From Camelus ferus (Eukaryota): DNA of 64,000 nt. Below, piece after piece: positions 1 to 12,957 of the stretch. Position 1 is the first letter of the stretch, and every line of letters begins with the position of its first letter. A program made the translations under genes and the position numbers. The stretch spans positions 10,604,001 through 10,668,000 of the forward strand of contig NC_045698.1 in the NCBI RefSeq assembly GCF_009834535.1, written 5' to 3'. The notes below the pieces were generated by a model. That model had not been told where the DNA came from. It saw nothing but the letters and a program-made list of their open reading frames with translations, and ran no database searches.

Positions 1-907
1 CATATGGGTCACTTCTAACAGCTCTCCTAAGGGTGACAGTGAGTTCCTACGAAGTCACCCATCCCCAACGGAATGACAGCATTTCATCAGGACTGACTCT
101 CAGAGCCAGGGTGAGTCCCAACTTTGAAGAGAAAAAAAAAAGGGCTGTTTAATATTATTAGAGTGGAAAGACCTCAAGTAGACCATGTGTGAAAAGGCCA
201 GTGAACCCAATTTCTAGGGATCAGCCTTCAACGGGGTGATGGGAACAAGCCTGTGGTAATCTCCAGAGGGAACGAGGCTGCCGTCCCGCAGAGCTGCTGC
301 TCCGGGGACCACTGACCCATCCTCTAAGGGGGGAGCTGGGTGAATAGTCACGTGGGTGTGGAAATGAAGGGACAGCACGCGAAGGGGCGTCGGAGAGGAA
401 CACGTCTGTGTAGGGCAGTCACAGGTAGGGTAATGCGTATTACAATATATACAGTGATGAGATACATACAAAGGGGGACTTTTTATGTAAGGTCAGGCTA
501 GAAAAAATTTTAGTAGGCTGAAACAGATGGGGTAAAAGACATGTATTGCTGAGAGGTCCAGAGCTCCGTTCTCGCTGGGCAAAGCATGTTAGTGTTTATG
601 GAGCATCTAGCTTTCTCAGTGTGGCTGCTGATGGTTACAACATTACACATCTATCTGGAATACTTTCACAGAGGGGCTGATGCAGCCATCAACAGTTACA
701 GCACATTCACCGTAAAATAGCAACCTTTTCGGATGCAGTTTTTAAAGCCAGTTAAAGAAGATGAAAGCTCAATCATCCCTGTTATCATTTAGGTTTAAGG
801 AAATTGCCATATATACACCTCCTAAGAGCAGTTGGTACGTCTTTCAGATGTAAGATGACTAAATTCTTAGTAAGAAACAAAGGATCGATTGAAAGAAACA
901 ATACAGT

Positions 908-925
908 TCAACAGCAGGGGGCGCC
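908..925 (+). promoter_or_regulatory. Candidate CTCF binding motif
   Basis: tcaACAGCAGGGGGCGCC closely fits the CTCF core CCASYAGRKGGCRS and retains its CpG in non-repetitive sequence. Motif match only. Confidence 0.55.
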
Positions 926-1092
926 ATGCACCCAGTCTGCAGATCGCGCTCCAGATGCTCGCTTCTGCCCACTCCATCTACCTGCAGAATGTTAATTCTT
1001 TACTTACCTGGCTTGAAGACTATTTAGAAAGTTCCAGCCTTAGCTTATGTTTCGCCTTAACTTTTGTTTTGACTGTTAACAGTCAAACTGGA

Positions 1093-1305
1093 ACTTCCTG
1101 GAGGCTGGGGGCAGGGGTGGGGGCATGGGGAGTTATTGTTTCATGGGTGTAGAGTTTCAGTTTTGCAAGATGAGTTCTGTGGATGGGCGGTGGTGTTGGG
1201 AGTGCCATACTGTGAATGCACTGAACTGTACACTTAAAAATGGTTAAGGGGCTGAGCTACATGGGCGGTGTATTTTACCCCAATTTTTTAAAAATTAAAA
1301 AAAAA
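1093..1305 (+). mobile_element. Old L1 (L1MB-like) 3' end fragment
   Basis: ggggagttattgttt...gggtgtagagtttcagttttgcaagatga...tgaactgtacacttaaaaatggttaa followed by an A-rich tail. Confidence 0.8.
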
Positions 1306-1569
1306 TTAGAACCTGCTTATAATGACACATTATGCTCGTTCATTTGTTAATTGTTCTAAGAATGCACATGTGGATTTGTGCTGTCACTCCTTTAGGAGGG
1401 GGATCTTAGAGATCTGGGGACTAGTCTTAATTGTTTTCATCTTCCCCCCCAAAAAACAATCAACCTCTCAAATCCACAACGTAGGGTGACTTAAAAGCAA
1501 ATGCTGGACTGTTGGAGTTTGGGAGAGAAGTGTGAAGGGAGGGCGGAGGTTCAGTGGGAAGGAACTAAC

Positions 1570-1770
1570 TCTCATCAATTACTTATTATACACCAAGGGC
1601 TTTCCATAGGGTATTTCATTTAATCCCTATTACAGTCCCAGGATAGTGGCATTTTTTGGTTCCTCTACCGAGGACAGCAGGGCCTAGAGGGGCTGTGTGG
1701 CTTTCCGCAGGTCATCCCACTGCTAAAGGGTGGGTGGGGCCAGGATTTCAATGCCGGCCTTGGGGGACTC
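1570..1770 (-). mobile_element. MIR SINE fragment
   Basis: atttcatttaatcc...gaggggctgtgtggctttccgcaggtcat...gccaggatttcaa resembles the MIR core. Confidence 0.6.
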
Positions 1771-4577
1771 AGAAGCCTTGTTCCCCTCATGTTCTCAGGA
1801 TGTCTAAAGGCACCCAAATGGCCCAATGGTACATGGTGCATGGACAGTGTAGGGGTGCCAAGTGAAGAAGTGTCTTTTTTTAGAAAGTTTTAAGTTCAGC
1901 TTATTTACCTTTGGCCCTTTCTGCCCTCCCCCCTCCCCGTGCACAAGAGATCCTTGTCTTCTCCTGGATAATGTGAACAATGAGAAGGCAGTCTCGGGGC
2001 GCGGGGGTGGGGCAGCGCAACAGAAACAAAGCCTCAAACAGGCTGTCCTTGTTGGAGACACAGGGCCAGCATGGTACCACGGCTGGAATAAGGCCGGTAG
2101 TGTCCGCGGCCCTGATGGCCAAGGGACAGCAGTTCAGCCACAGGAAGGTGAGACTGGGTCACTCTCATGAACTGAGCACAGGGTGGACGGGCTGAGGTCC
2201 TGGGGGATGGCCGCGTTTGCTATTCATCAGCTGGGGTTTTGCAGCCTTCCAGCCGCAGGGGAAGGACTCAGGCCTGAGTGCTTCATGGAGATGCAGCTCT
2301 GACCAGTGGGACGCAACTAAGGAAAAGGGATTCTTGACGTGCTTGTCGGATGCTGACGTACGTCGGATGCTGACACGCTATCCCACGAAGCAGCAACAGC
2401 GGGGAGTTAATATGCCCACCAGAGCACCAGGATGGTCCGTTATCTATGGAAACAGAACTAGGGGAGCTCACTCTGATTGGCCCTTACATGATAAAAAAGC
2501 CCTCTAATTGTGGGAAACTGAGGCTGCGACAGGCAGGGCTGGATGAAACTCCTGGCCTGCAGCCTGGAGGCAGGGCGTTTTCCTGTGTTTTCTGCCGGCA
2601 GCGCCTTCGCCAAGCTGCCCAGACCTCTCGGGGAGCAGGTGGCTGGGGAGCAGGTGGCCGGAGCTGGGCCTGGTGGGATTAGGGGCGCTATAAATACTGC
2701 CACTGTCAGTGACCTTGCTGCCTTTCAAAAGTGGTGGCCGCTCTGGGGGAGGGGACAAGGCAGAGCAGAGTTCCTGAGTGTATCTGTGGGATTTGTGCTT
2801 CCTGAGGACTTACCTAGTGTGAACAGCAGAAGAAATATTTTACGATTAGCGGAACTTCCCTGAAAGGGATTATGTCCGCGTGTCACAGAGGAGGGACTGA
2901 TGGTGCACACGTTTCTGACTGCTTCCTTCTCTGATGCTGGCCTTTTTGCTTTCTTTCCCTCCAGGAGGATCTCTTGGAGGCCCTGAAGTTCTGAAGCTTT
3001 AGGACTAAGATGTTTTAAATACCAAACATCTTCACCTTAAATACTGCAGTGGTCCCCACCCCCTGGATGGCAAGGTGTGACAGGCATCCAACTGTGGGTC
3101 TCTACAGACCACACACACAGTCACCCGCTCCACTCTGCAGCAGCCTCCAACCCAGCCTCTCCCAGACGACACTCATCCCAGGAAGCTGGGGACCCAGACG
3201 AAGAACAGCCTCACTGGATGGAATCGTGACCGTCGAGGAGGAGATGGCCACTCACGTGGCAGAGACTGACCATGTCCTTGTTGCATTCACAATAACCAGG
3301 GAAACTTAAAAAAAAACAACCAATAAAAGAAAACAGATTTCAAAGTTTGTGAGGTACGATCTAATAACACCAGGGATGCTGCAAGGAGGCTGGAAAGCTC
3401 TCAAAAGAGAAACTCCCCGCCACTCCACTCCACCCCAACCAGAAAGGAGAACAGAAGGCACCTGAAGGTGTCGCAGTGGTCCCCCAAGCTGCTCTTGGGG
3501 GAGGGAACGTGCCAGGTGGGGAGGGGCTACCTGTCACCTCCCTGCCTTCGTTTGCCTGCTCACAGGCTGTCTCTTCCCGAGTCCCCGGGAGGTAAGCCCA
3601 GATGAGGTCTAAGAATGACTACCTTTAAAGGCTCGCAATCTCGTGGATGATTAAGGTCAGGAAGGAGAGAGTCAGACACGCTGACCTGGTACAAGTGCTG
3701 AGATCAAGAGAAAGGGCTTCCAAGAAACATGCTCAAGGGCAAAAGAGAAAAAGGAAAGAACTGCCAGGGGCCGAGGGTACACCCCAAGCCGCTCCTTTGA
3801 GTCTGCCTTTTCCACGAAGGAGCATCATCTTAATACTCGGCCAGGTGGGCAAACACGGTTAAGAGGGATTTGAAGATTAGAACTGATGAGAGGGAGCAAA
3901 GCGTTTTGTTTGTGCAAGGCTCGGATCACGAACATCACCTGCGGCGAAAACACTTGTAGAACGAACTGAGAAAGCAGAGACCTGGGGAGACGCTGGGAGC
4001 CTTGGGGTTGGCAAATCCCCTGCAGACAGATTCTAGAAGGGGCCGGACCCTGACTGTCAGGAGAATATGGCCAAGTGGGTCTTTCTGGCTCTTGTGTTTC
4101 ACCTCATAACAGGACCATGTGGCTAACTGAAAAAGCCCACCACGTAGCCACAGGCTGCATTAATGAATGTTACGAAGTCAAAACTGGACAATTCTAGTCC
4201 GATGGCCAGGATCAGACCTGATTTGGAGTTTGTGCCCCATGTTTCCAGGGGAGCACTGACAAATTTCAAGGAGCGGAACCAAAACACCACAGGGTCTAGA
4301 AGCCAGGCTGCTAAAAAGGTGGAAAACTGGGTGTGGCTATTTGAAGGGCAGCCACGTGGAAGCAGGGTTAGACAGACTCTGCAGCAGGAGCACGGATGAG
4401 GGCGACTGCCTGCCCCATCATTTGTCTGAGGGATGTTACAGTCCATCTCAACAGCCTCCTCCCCGGGTCCTAGGTAGTCGCGTCTTAATGACTTCTGTAG
4501 TTTTGATTCTACAGTGACCTACTGATTCCTGAAACACCAGTTATTAGTTTGTTATTATAACAACGTGCTTTATACCT

Positions 4578-5950
4578 GTATTCATTCAAAAGTAATTACT
4601 GGGCACCTGTTCTGAGCCAGACACTGTGCGGATGCTGGGCATGCAATGGGGAACATGGCAGAGGCGATGCCAGCCCTCTCAGAGCCCCTGTCACTACAGA
4701 GCGCTAAATGTCATGATGGGGGACTCAGGGCGTGATGGGACCTGCAGGGCCCGCAGTGGGTGGGAAGCAAACTGATGGCGTCCAAGTTGGTGTCTGAAAG
4801 CAAGCTGGAGCCATGTATGCTGGACGAGGAGGCAGGAGAGGGTTTCAGGCAGAAGGGACACTGGGGGCAGAGGCCTGGGCGAGAGAACACACAGATGGTC
4901 CCTCCGCTCCGGGTGCTCTGTGCGGATGGAACGGACAGCAGGAGGACACTTGAGATGGTCCTCGTACTGCCGTTTAGGGTCTGGTTTACAATGGCACCAG
5001 AGAGTCAGTGGAGGGCCTTTGAGGGCTGGTTTGGAGGAGAAGTGTGTGGACCCCCACTGGGGGCCATGGAGCAAGTCGAAGGGGAACTGTAGGAGCACAA
5101 ATAGGGATATGACGGTGGGGAATGGAGACGAGGGGGGTCCGAGGGGCATTTAGGATGAGGCTAAGACAGGGCTCTGTGCCCGGGGGGACACCAGGCTGAG
5201 GAAGAGGGCCGAGCCGAGGATGAGGCCAGCCTCTGGCATCACCAGCAGAAGTCCACGCTAGTCATCAAAATAGGGGATGGAGAGCAGAAAGAGCTTGGAG
5301 TGCAGGCCATGAGCCCCTTTGGGATGGGCTGAGCTGTCTGTGCCTGCGGAAAATCAAAGCGCATCTCTGTGAGGGAGGCAGTTAGATGTCAGGGCCTGAA
5401 GCTCAGGAGAGAGAGCGGAGTTGAAGATACTGACTCGGGAAGGAGCTAAACACGGCAACTGAAGCCACGGCCTGCAGAGAGAGGGCTGAGGAGGGAGATG
5501 GGCAGGGGGTTCGGACAGAGTTCTGACGCTCACTTGGAGCGAGGAAGAAGGATGTTCCACCAAGAGCCTGTGAAGGAATACTCAGAAAGGAAGACGGAAA
5601 AACAGTGTTGCAGAAGCCATGGGAAATAAGCAAAGGATGCAGGCGATGGGAGGTGAGAACCAGATGGCACCCGCCCACAGGAGCTGGGGCTGGAGCCTGC
5701 AGGGACCTCGGCCAGCTCTCTAAGGAGACAACGGGGAACCAGACAGAATGCAGATCCAAGGAACCACCTAGGAAGGGAGTGAGGCCCCTCGGGGAGGGGG
5801 AGGGAGGGGGCAGGTGGGCTGGAGGGGGACAGCAGATGGCATGGGTCGGGAGCATAGATGGTGGCAAACATCCGTGGGAAGGATGGGCATGATTACCTGT
5901 AATTCTCTCAAGGAGCCTGGGTGCCAAGGCGAGAAATGGAGGGGACCTGC
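4578..5950 (-). mobile_element. L2 LINE remnant (long, degenerate)
   Basis: Starts with the L2 3' signature attcattcaa...tactgggcacct...gagccagacactgtgc...gatgctggg, followed by purine-rich L2-like body. Right boundary approximate. Confidence 0.6.
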
Positions 5951-6316
5951 TGGATAAAGACATGATTTTTCTGTTTTCCTTCTATTTCTTTTTAAAGTTG
6001 GGAGCCTTGAGTATATTTAAACATAGATAGGAAGGAGTAATTTGGGAGAGGCTGACACGGGAGAGAGGGAGAAACTGAGACAGAGTCCCTGAGCATAAAG
6101 GATGGATAAAGCAGGGCAGCTGAGCCCCCACCGAGGTGCCACTCAGATGCGGGCGGTGGGGGGTGCGGTGTCCACCCTGCCACGGCTTTGTGGGGATAGG
6201 GGGCGCTGGCCTGCAGGACATCCTGCCAGCTGTCAGTGTGCCCCTCAGCCCAAACCAGCATCTCCCTCACTCTCTTTCCTTTTACTTTATCTTCCTCCCA
6301 AGGAGCTCTGACTACC

Positions 6317-6742
6317 TGTAGAAGACGCCACAATGGCCAACCGAGGGGCCACGCTCACCCTAGTGCCCAGAACAAGGATTTATTACTTTATATAGTAACA
6401 GAGGAGATTAAATGAAGGATCTTGAGCTAAGATGATCTGGGAATGTCTTGGTAGACCCTAAATACCATCACAGGTGTCCTGATAATAGAAGAGAGAGGCA
6501 TGCAGAGGAGGCGGCTCTCTGAAGACAGACTGGAGTGACTCGGCCAAGGAAGGCCCGCAGCCGCCAGGAGCTGGACAAGGCAAGGAACGGGGCTCTTTCC
6601 TAAAGCCCCGCCAACGCCTTGATTTCAGTCCAGCGAACTGGTTTCGACTTCTGGCCTCCAGAACTAGGAGAGAACACATTTCTCTTGTTTCAAGCCATCA
6701 GGTTTGTGGTGCTTTGTTACGGGAGCCACAGGAAACCAACAC
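6317..6742 (+). mobile_element. MaLR solo LTR (MLT1 family)
   Basis: gacttctggcctccagaact...atttctcttgtttcaagcca...tttgtggtgctttgttac...gccacaggaaaccaacac is the typical MLT1 3' end. Confidence 0.85.
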
Positions 6743-8732
6743 GCTATCCAAAACCATCGTGTTCGTCGGTGGCCTGTCTTCCCCATGAGATCACAGACTC
6801 CTGAAGAAAAGGGGTTTTGTGTGTTTGTTTCACTGGGGTCGCCCTGGAGCCTGCTGCGTAGCAGGGGCTCAGAAGGTACAAAAAGACCCCCGGAATAATC
6901 TCATGGCACAATGTAATCGTGTTTCCTTCACTGTGCCTGAACCAGTGGGTGCTCCCACCCACAGCTGGAGATGCAACAAAGCCCTTCACGATAAAATTAA
7001 GAACACTTGCAGCGAAGGCCAAGTGTCAGTTTAGCTAAAAGCGACCTTGCCCTCCTGTTCACTTTCTTAGTCTGCCTGCAGGTGCAGGAGACCCCTAAGC
7101 GCTGGGAGAGGTAAAGCAGGTGTTAAATTCTTCACTCGCTGTTTCCATTAGGCATCTCCATTCTTGTATTTCCAGCTTCTCCAGGTGGGAATTGGAGTGT
7201 AGGATTTGCCTAGAAATACTGTTTCTGCAGGTCAGCACTGTCCGCAGATTTATGTGCTTAATTATGTCTTTGCTGATGGGTTTTGGGGGGGAGGTGAGGA
7301 TGGTGGGTTGTTGGCTTCATAGCATCCAATAGAAGTATCAGTGTTCGATTTATGTTACTTTACTTTTTTTGCAAATATCTCTACGTGACCAGAATGATAC
7401 TTGACTGTTTCCTCCCGTTTCTGGATCCAATGGTCTCTGCTTCACAGCATTTTATGTCCTCCTGTGCTCATTTCAATACATCTATTTGGTATTTCTTGAG
7501 ATAATTTACCAAAAAAAAAAAAAAAAGTTTTGAGATGTTTTCCACGGGCTTTGCTGACTCCCTACACGTCGTAGCAAAGGGCGTCAAAGTTTCAGGCCAC
7601 CAGGTAGGTGTTCATATTCAGAGACAAAAACACCCGGGGTTAAGAGCAGGTGCTGAAATTAGAAAACTGAGCAGCCGTGAACACCACAGCCTTGTTCTGT
7701 CCACGTGTCGCATCGTGATTATTGTCGGGAGGGTCTGGACCACACATCTGATCTGGATGACGTCTGGGTCCTACGCACTGAGACCCACCCACTGACTGGA
7801 TAAGAAAGAAAATGCTCCCCAGACTGCATCTGTCTTAGAATAAAAATGATTTTTAAAGCCACAGAGAGTCATACAATGTAATTCCTGGAAGTCTATGTGT
7901 TCACCCCCACCAGGTTAGTTTGCCGTTATGTGGAACAATCCCTCTGATAAATTTGCTTGTACACCAGAAGAGCCTCGGGGTGGAGCCTGGGAACCACATC
8001 CTGGATGTGAGACGGGTCCGGCAGGCAGCATGTGGCGGGACTTGAGCAGCGTTGGGGAAGAACGCGGTGCCTTCCCCCTGGTTCCCAAACCCTTTCAGGT
8101 GGCTGCCCTGCACCTGCTCTTTGTAGAACACAGGTGTGTATTGATAGGTTAAACTGAAACTAAGTAACTTCTACAATTTTGTGCCAAATCAGACACCATT
8201 TAAAATGCTCAGGTGGGAAGCAGTGGAAGGGATCAAGGTTTTGAGACAATTTGGGGTGATAAGCACAACTGGATACAATACTAGCAACTTAACTTGTCTC
8301 TTGAAATTGGGAACTTGTTTCGGTGTTCAGGATGGTGGGTCCTGCAAGGGCCTGGTTGAGACGCACGGGATTGTTCAATTAATGGAAAACAGAATAAAAC
8401 CAAAAGCAAAGCAACCTAAATCGAACACTGGTACTTCTGATGGAGGCTATGACCCCCACAAACCCTGCTCCCCCGAAAAAAAAAATCAGCCAGGACATAA
8501 TTAAGCACATAAATTTGGGAATAGTGCTGACCTGCAGGAACAGTATTTCTAAGCAAATCCTACACTCAGATTCTCACCTGGAGAAGCTGGAAATACAAGA
8601 ATAGAGATGTCTTGTGGAAGCAGAAAGTGGAGAATCTCAAAAGAAAATACATCAGTTGACGAGTTAGGCCTGGTCAATCAATCCACGTGGCCCTAAATGA
8701 CAAGCAGCTTCCCTGCTTTCAGAAACATCAGT

Positions 8733-9101
8733 GGTGAGTCTGCTGGGGGCTGCCGGACAAAGCAGCACGAACCGGGCAGCTGAGAACAAGGTCTCACAGT
8801 CCTGGAGGCCAAAGTCAAGGTGTGGGCAGGGCCACGCTCCCTCTGAAGGTGTCGGGCAGGGTCTGCCCCCGGCCTCCTGGCTTCTGGCAGCAGCCCTCCA
8901 ACCTCCACACGGCGCTCTCCCCGTGTGTGTCCTGTCCACACCCCTTCCTCCCAGAACGCCAGTCAGACTGGATGAGGGGTCCACCTTACTCACTGACCAG
9001 GACCCCATCCGAACCCTCTTTCCACACAGGGCTACATTCTGAGTCACTGGGGGTTAAGACCTCAATACAGGAATCTGGGGGACACAATTCACCCCATGAC
9101 A
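8733..9101 (-). mobile_element. MaLR solo LTR (MLT1 family)
   Basis: tctcacagtcctggaggcc...gcagggccacgctccctctgaagg...acattctgagtcactgggggttaagac...gggggacacaattca. Confidence 0.85.
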
Positions 9102-9351
9102 ATCAGAATAGAAGATTCAGGGTTGAGTACAGAGTCACACTTTCCCTTTTTACCACCCACTGATGTCAAAAAGCAAGGCTCAGGCAGATCCAGAGTAAAA
9201 ATCTATTTTAACTCTTTTTAAAAAAGAACCAGATCCTTACGTGGTAACAACCACTGACCTCAGATACCCTTGGTGCCCTCCTCTCTCTGCCTTAGGTGAC
9301 AGCAAGCCTTCCTCCCCGCCTCCCCGCTGCCACACATGGGCCACCGCCTCC

Positions 9352-9382
9352 AGCACCACCACCACCACCACCACCACCACCA
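9352..9382 (+). repeat. (CCA)n trinucleotide microsatellite, about 9-10 units
   Basis: Direct read. It explains the poly-Thr/Pro/Val/Trp/Gly runs in overlapping spurious ORFs. Confidence 0.95.
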
Positions 9383-10923
9383 GGCAGCCTCCATTCGCTG
9401 AAGCTGAGGGAGGCCAGGGATGCAATGAGGTGGCCAGTGGATCGCAGCCTGGAGACGCTGGCCCAGCCCCACGACCCCAGCATGATCGGAACCTGGGGTC
9501 GGGAAGCCGCCCTGGAGCAGCCTGCCTTCCTGAAACAGCCCAGTCCGTGGAACAGTCCATCCGGCCAGTCGACAATTTGTCACACTTTCTGAGTTCTTAA
9601 AAACCTGTCTCTTTTAAACTCTTCGAAAGTTGACACAATTTGTACTGGAAGGATTGGCGGGGCCCCAGGGGGAGCTGGGCAGGCCCTAGAAGCCTCTGGG
9701 GCCTTCCACCGTCCCTGGATGGCTGTTGCACCCGCCCGTCACTCTGCTCCATCTCCTCTGACCCTCCCCACCACCCCCTTTCTTTTTCTGGCAGGTAGTC
9801 TCTCCCCTTTTCCTTCTGCCCTGCACTGTCCATCCATCTCTCTGACCTGTCTCTCCCCTTTCCCTGCTCCTCGCTCTTCCCCTCCTGCCTCTCTGGGCTC
9901 AGCATCCAGGAGCTGCTGGGTACGGCTGTGTAGGCTGCTCACTGCACAAAAGTGCCTGGCCTGCTCTGCCTGCCAACATCCATTTGGATGGATGTCCATT
10001 TCCATTTTGTAAAAAGGGGGCTGGGGGACGCCTCGGCAGCAGCCAAGCCTGTGCTTTGTAAGAATTCTTTTCCGCCTCTCCTGCAGTAGAGGGGCCCCCT
10101 CTCTTGGCAATGGCTCCCCCCAAACTAGAGCAGCAGGGAGCTTAAGAAAACACCAAATGTTTGAAAAAGTGCCATTGTAAAGTCAAAATGGAAGCTGGTC
10201 AACTGAAATCATCTAAAGCTGCTAAAACTTCCCCATTTAATATGATTTGCTATGAACATTAGAAAAAAATTAAAAGAAAAAAAAAACATGTTTGGAGTAA
10301 GTTGGCAAGTTTGGTTAAGTTTAGCAAGCGAATCTGTTGGCTTCACCAAAATGGTCTAACATCCAGGAATATGGAGGTTCTTACCATTTGGAGATGCTTC
10401 TCTGCATCAAAAGGACTGTTGAAAAGGCACATCCTACCCTAGCTAGTGGTTTTTATTTTATCCCCAAATCTGGAAGCTGGGAGGGAATCACGAGTCCCAA
10501 GTGGTTTACGAGAAGCTGGCTTCTGTAAGTTTCGGGTACCATTCCTTTCCCCAAGAGGGAGGAACACCGTTCCTGCTTCCTTATCACAAGCTCATTGCCA
10601 CCGCCCTGCATGGTGATTACCACGGTTGTCTACTAGAGAAAAAGCCTTTTAGGACATACTAACTATCCCTGGGCTTTTTAATCAGCCACGTAAGAATGGG
10701 AGACCATGGCTCTACTGGAAGGTTTAGGGCAAAACTGGCTGCTTGCTTCTGACCCCAGCGCCAGCGACAGTCTTGTTCCTTATGGTCCTGCCTTTGCCTG
10801 CCTGGCTCTGATCGCTGCTCTGTGACGTTTCCTCCTCCGTGTGGCCACCACGTCACAGACTTCCCTATGCAGCACACCATCTGAAGCTGTTCTTCCAAAC
10901 CCAGTTAAACTGTATATATTTTG

Positions 10924-11090
10924 TTTTGGGTTTTTTTTTTTTTTTTTTTTTTGGTGGGGGAGGGAGGTAATTAGGTTTATTTATTTATTTGTTTTTTAAT
11001 TTTTTTTTTTAATGAAGGTACTGGGGGTTGAATTCAGGAGGACCTCGTGTGTGCTTAGCACACACTCTACCACTGAGCTCTACCCTCCCC
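10924..11090 (-). mobile_element. tRNA-Ala-derived SINE (camelid Vic-1-like)
   Basis: Reverse strand reads ggggagggtagagctcagtggtagag...aattcaacccccagtacc, then (TAAA)n-cctaattacctccc and poly-A. Degenerate TSD actgtatatattttg (10909-10923) / accgtgtgtattttg (11091-11105). Confidence 0.9.
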
Positions 11091-12643
11091 ACCGTGTGTA
11101 TTTTGGAACTGTGTGTCCCTTCTCCCCGAACAGCAGCCAGCGTGCCAGTCTGCAGCCACATTGCTAACCCTGGTTTGCGTCGTGTCTGCTCCTTTGTGGC
11201 TGCTGAGGGGATTAGTTTTTATCGGATGGTTCTCCCATTTTGAAGCTAATCTTTTGGACTGACTAAGGCTCCCCCTTTCCTCACCCTCACTCCCATCAGA
11301 TGGTCTAAAGCAATGAACCAGCGCTTCACCGAGCATTCCCAAAGGCAGCTCTGAAGGAGGGAAGGCAGAATGCTGCCAGGACAAGAAGTCTGCTTCTCTA
11401 CTCCACACGCCTCCTGAATCCACATCCTCTTCCAATTGGGCTGAAGGCATTTGCTGCTTTTCTTGAAGCCCAGTGGTTCCAACAAACTCCTGGATAAGAA
11501 TATGAAGGAGGAACCGACTTTTGGAGTAGGATGGAGACTAAATTTAGATTGAGAATCTATACTGGGGAATAAACGCATCAGTGCACTGTAGCATGCTGAG
11601 ATACTAGTCCCTATTAACCATCAAAAGTGTTTTTCACAGGCAAAGGCGGACGCTGGATCCGAACGTCAGGGCCTGAAGAGGGAGCCCGTTCTGATGGTCG
11701 GAGGAGTTTTTGCTGTAGCCAGTACACGCTTCCCTTTGGCAAGCAGTTAGCATCACCGGGTGACTGAGCGTCTGTAGGATCCGTGGGGCCAGCTCTTCTC
11801 AAAGTCCCAGGGAGACAAGTCAGCGGGCCCGAAGGAGCTGGGGAAGGCACTCTAACCCTAGGCAATGCACAGAAAGCTGGGGGACCATCAGACGGCTCAG
11901 GCTTTGAACGGAGTATCACCCACTGGACTAAACGCAAAGGGCGCCGACCTTGAGGGCTCTGCCACGCTCATTTCCTGATGCTAAGAAGTTGCAAAATTAA
12001 AAAAAAAAAACAACACGAAAATAGACTGGGGACTAACGGGCCTCTGAACAGCTTTAAAAATAGGAAAACCTGAGTATAAATCAGGAGACGGTTGCTCACG
12101 AGGGGCGGGTGCCCTCGGCACCTTTCTGATCCTTGTCTCACGGTTAATAATATATTAATTGATCCATGTGTTTGTGTTCCGTTTATCGTGCATGTTCTGT
12201 GCCAGGCATGATGCTGGGCCCTGGAGATAAAAGGTGACGAAGCCAATGACCCTGCCTTGGGAAGCTGAGAGCCCATGAGGAGTAACAGACGTGAAGAAGG
12301 AGTACGATCAGTGCTAGAAAAAGGTATGTACACATTACAGCAGCAACCTAACACCCTTCCATTTTTTTCTATGTGTCTTTTAATGGCAATTCCTCTAGCC
12401 AAGATGTTGGACCAGCTGACTGAACCATTAAAAGGATAACGTGAGGGAGACACACCATAAGCTGCAGACTCAAATACTACTGTTTTTAGTGTTGAAGAAA
12501 CCACCGCTTCAAGTATGACAGCAGGTGCCCTAGTCCGGAGCCTCAGGACAGAATATCTACTCCTGCCAATGGAAACAGCACAGTACGGAGGAAGGGGCCC
12601 CGGAGAATGAGGCTGGAGGGCTGGCTTCTAGCCGGTGCCGCTA

Positions 12644-12957
12644 CAGACAGACCGCAGCGGGGCTGCAGGTTACATTCCGGACCACCTCAGCAGAGCGATT
12701 ATCTCCATCAAGTGAGTCATATGTATTTTTGGTTTCCCAGTGCATATAAAACTTACATTTACACTATCCTATAGTCAATTGAGTGTGCAATAGCATTATG
12801 TCTGAAGAATCAATATACAGCCCTTCATTTAAAAACACTTCATTGCTTAAAAAATGCCAACTATCACTTGACAACTTAGGGTTGCCACAAACCTTCCACT
12901 GGTATTAAAAAAAAAAAAAGCATTATTTGCAAAGTTCAGTAAAGTGAGGTATAGCTG
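12644..12957 (-). mobile_element. Tigger1-derived non-autonomous DNA transposon (internally deleted), inserted into a MIR
   Basis: Both Tigger1-like ends are present (cagacagacc...ttccggaccac and ggttgccacaaaccttc...gaggtatagctg), with a TA at 12642-12643. MIR-like sequence flanks both sides (about 12575-12641 and 12960-13050). Confidence 0.75.

Noticed and set aside
5791..5828. G-run cluster able to form a G-quadruplex
   Set aside because: Such runs are common in this GC-rich intron and lie in a degenerate repeat; nothing suggests function.
5403..5963. 186-aa ORF, the longest in the track (and the 178-aa ORF at 11968..12504)
   Set aside because: Lies in degenerate L2 or low-complexity intronic sequence; no recognisable domain.
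9237..9600. Overlapping ORFs with poly-Pro/Thr/Val/Trp/Gly runs
   Set aside because: Artefact of a (CCA)n microsatellite in GC-rich intron; no splice or homology support.
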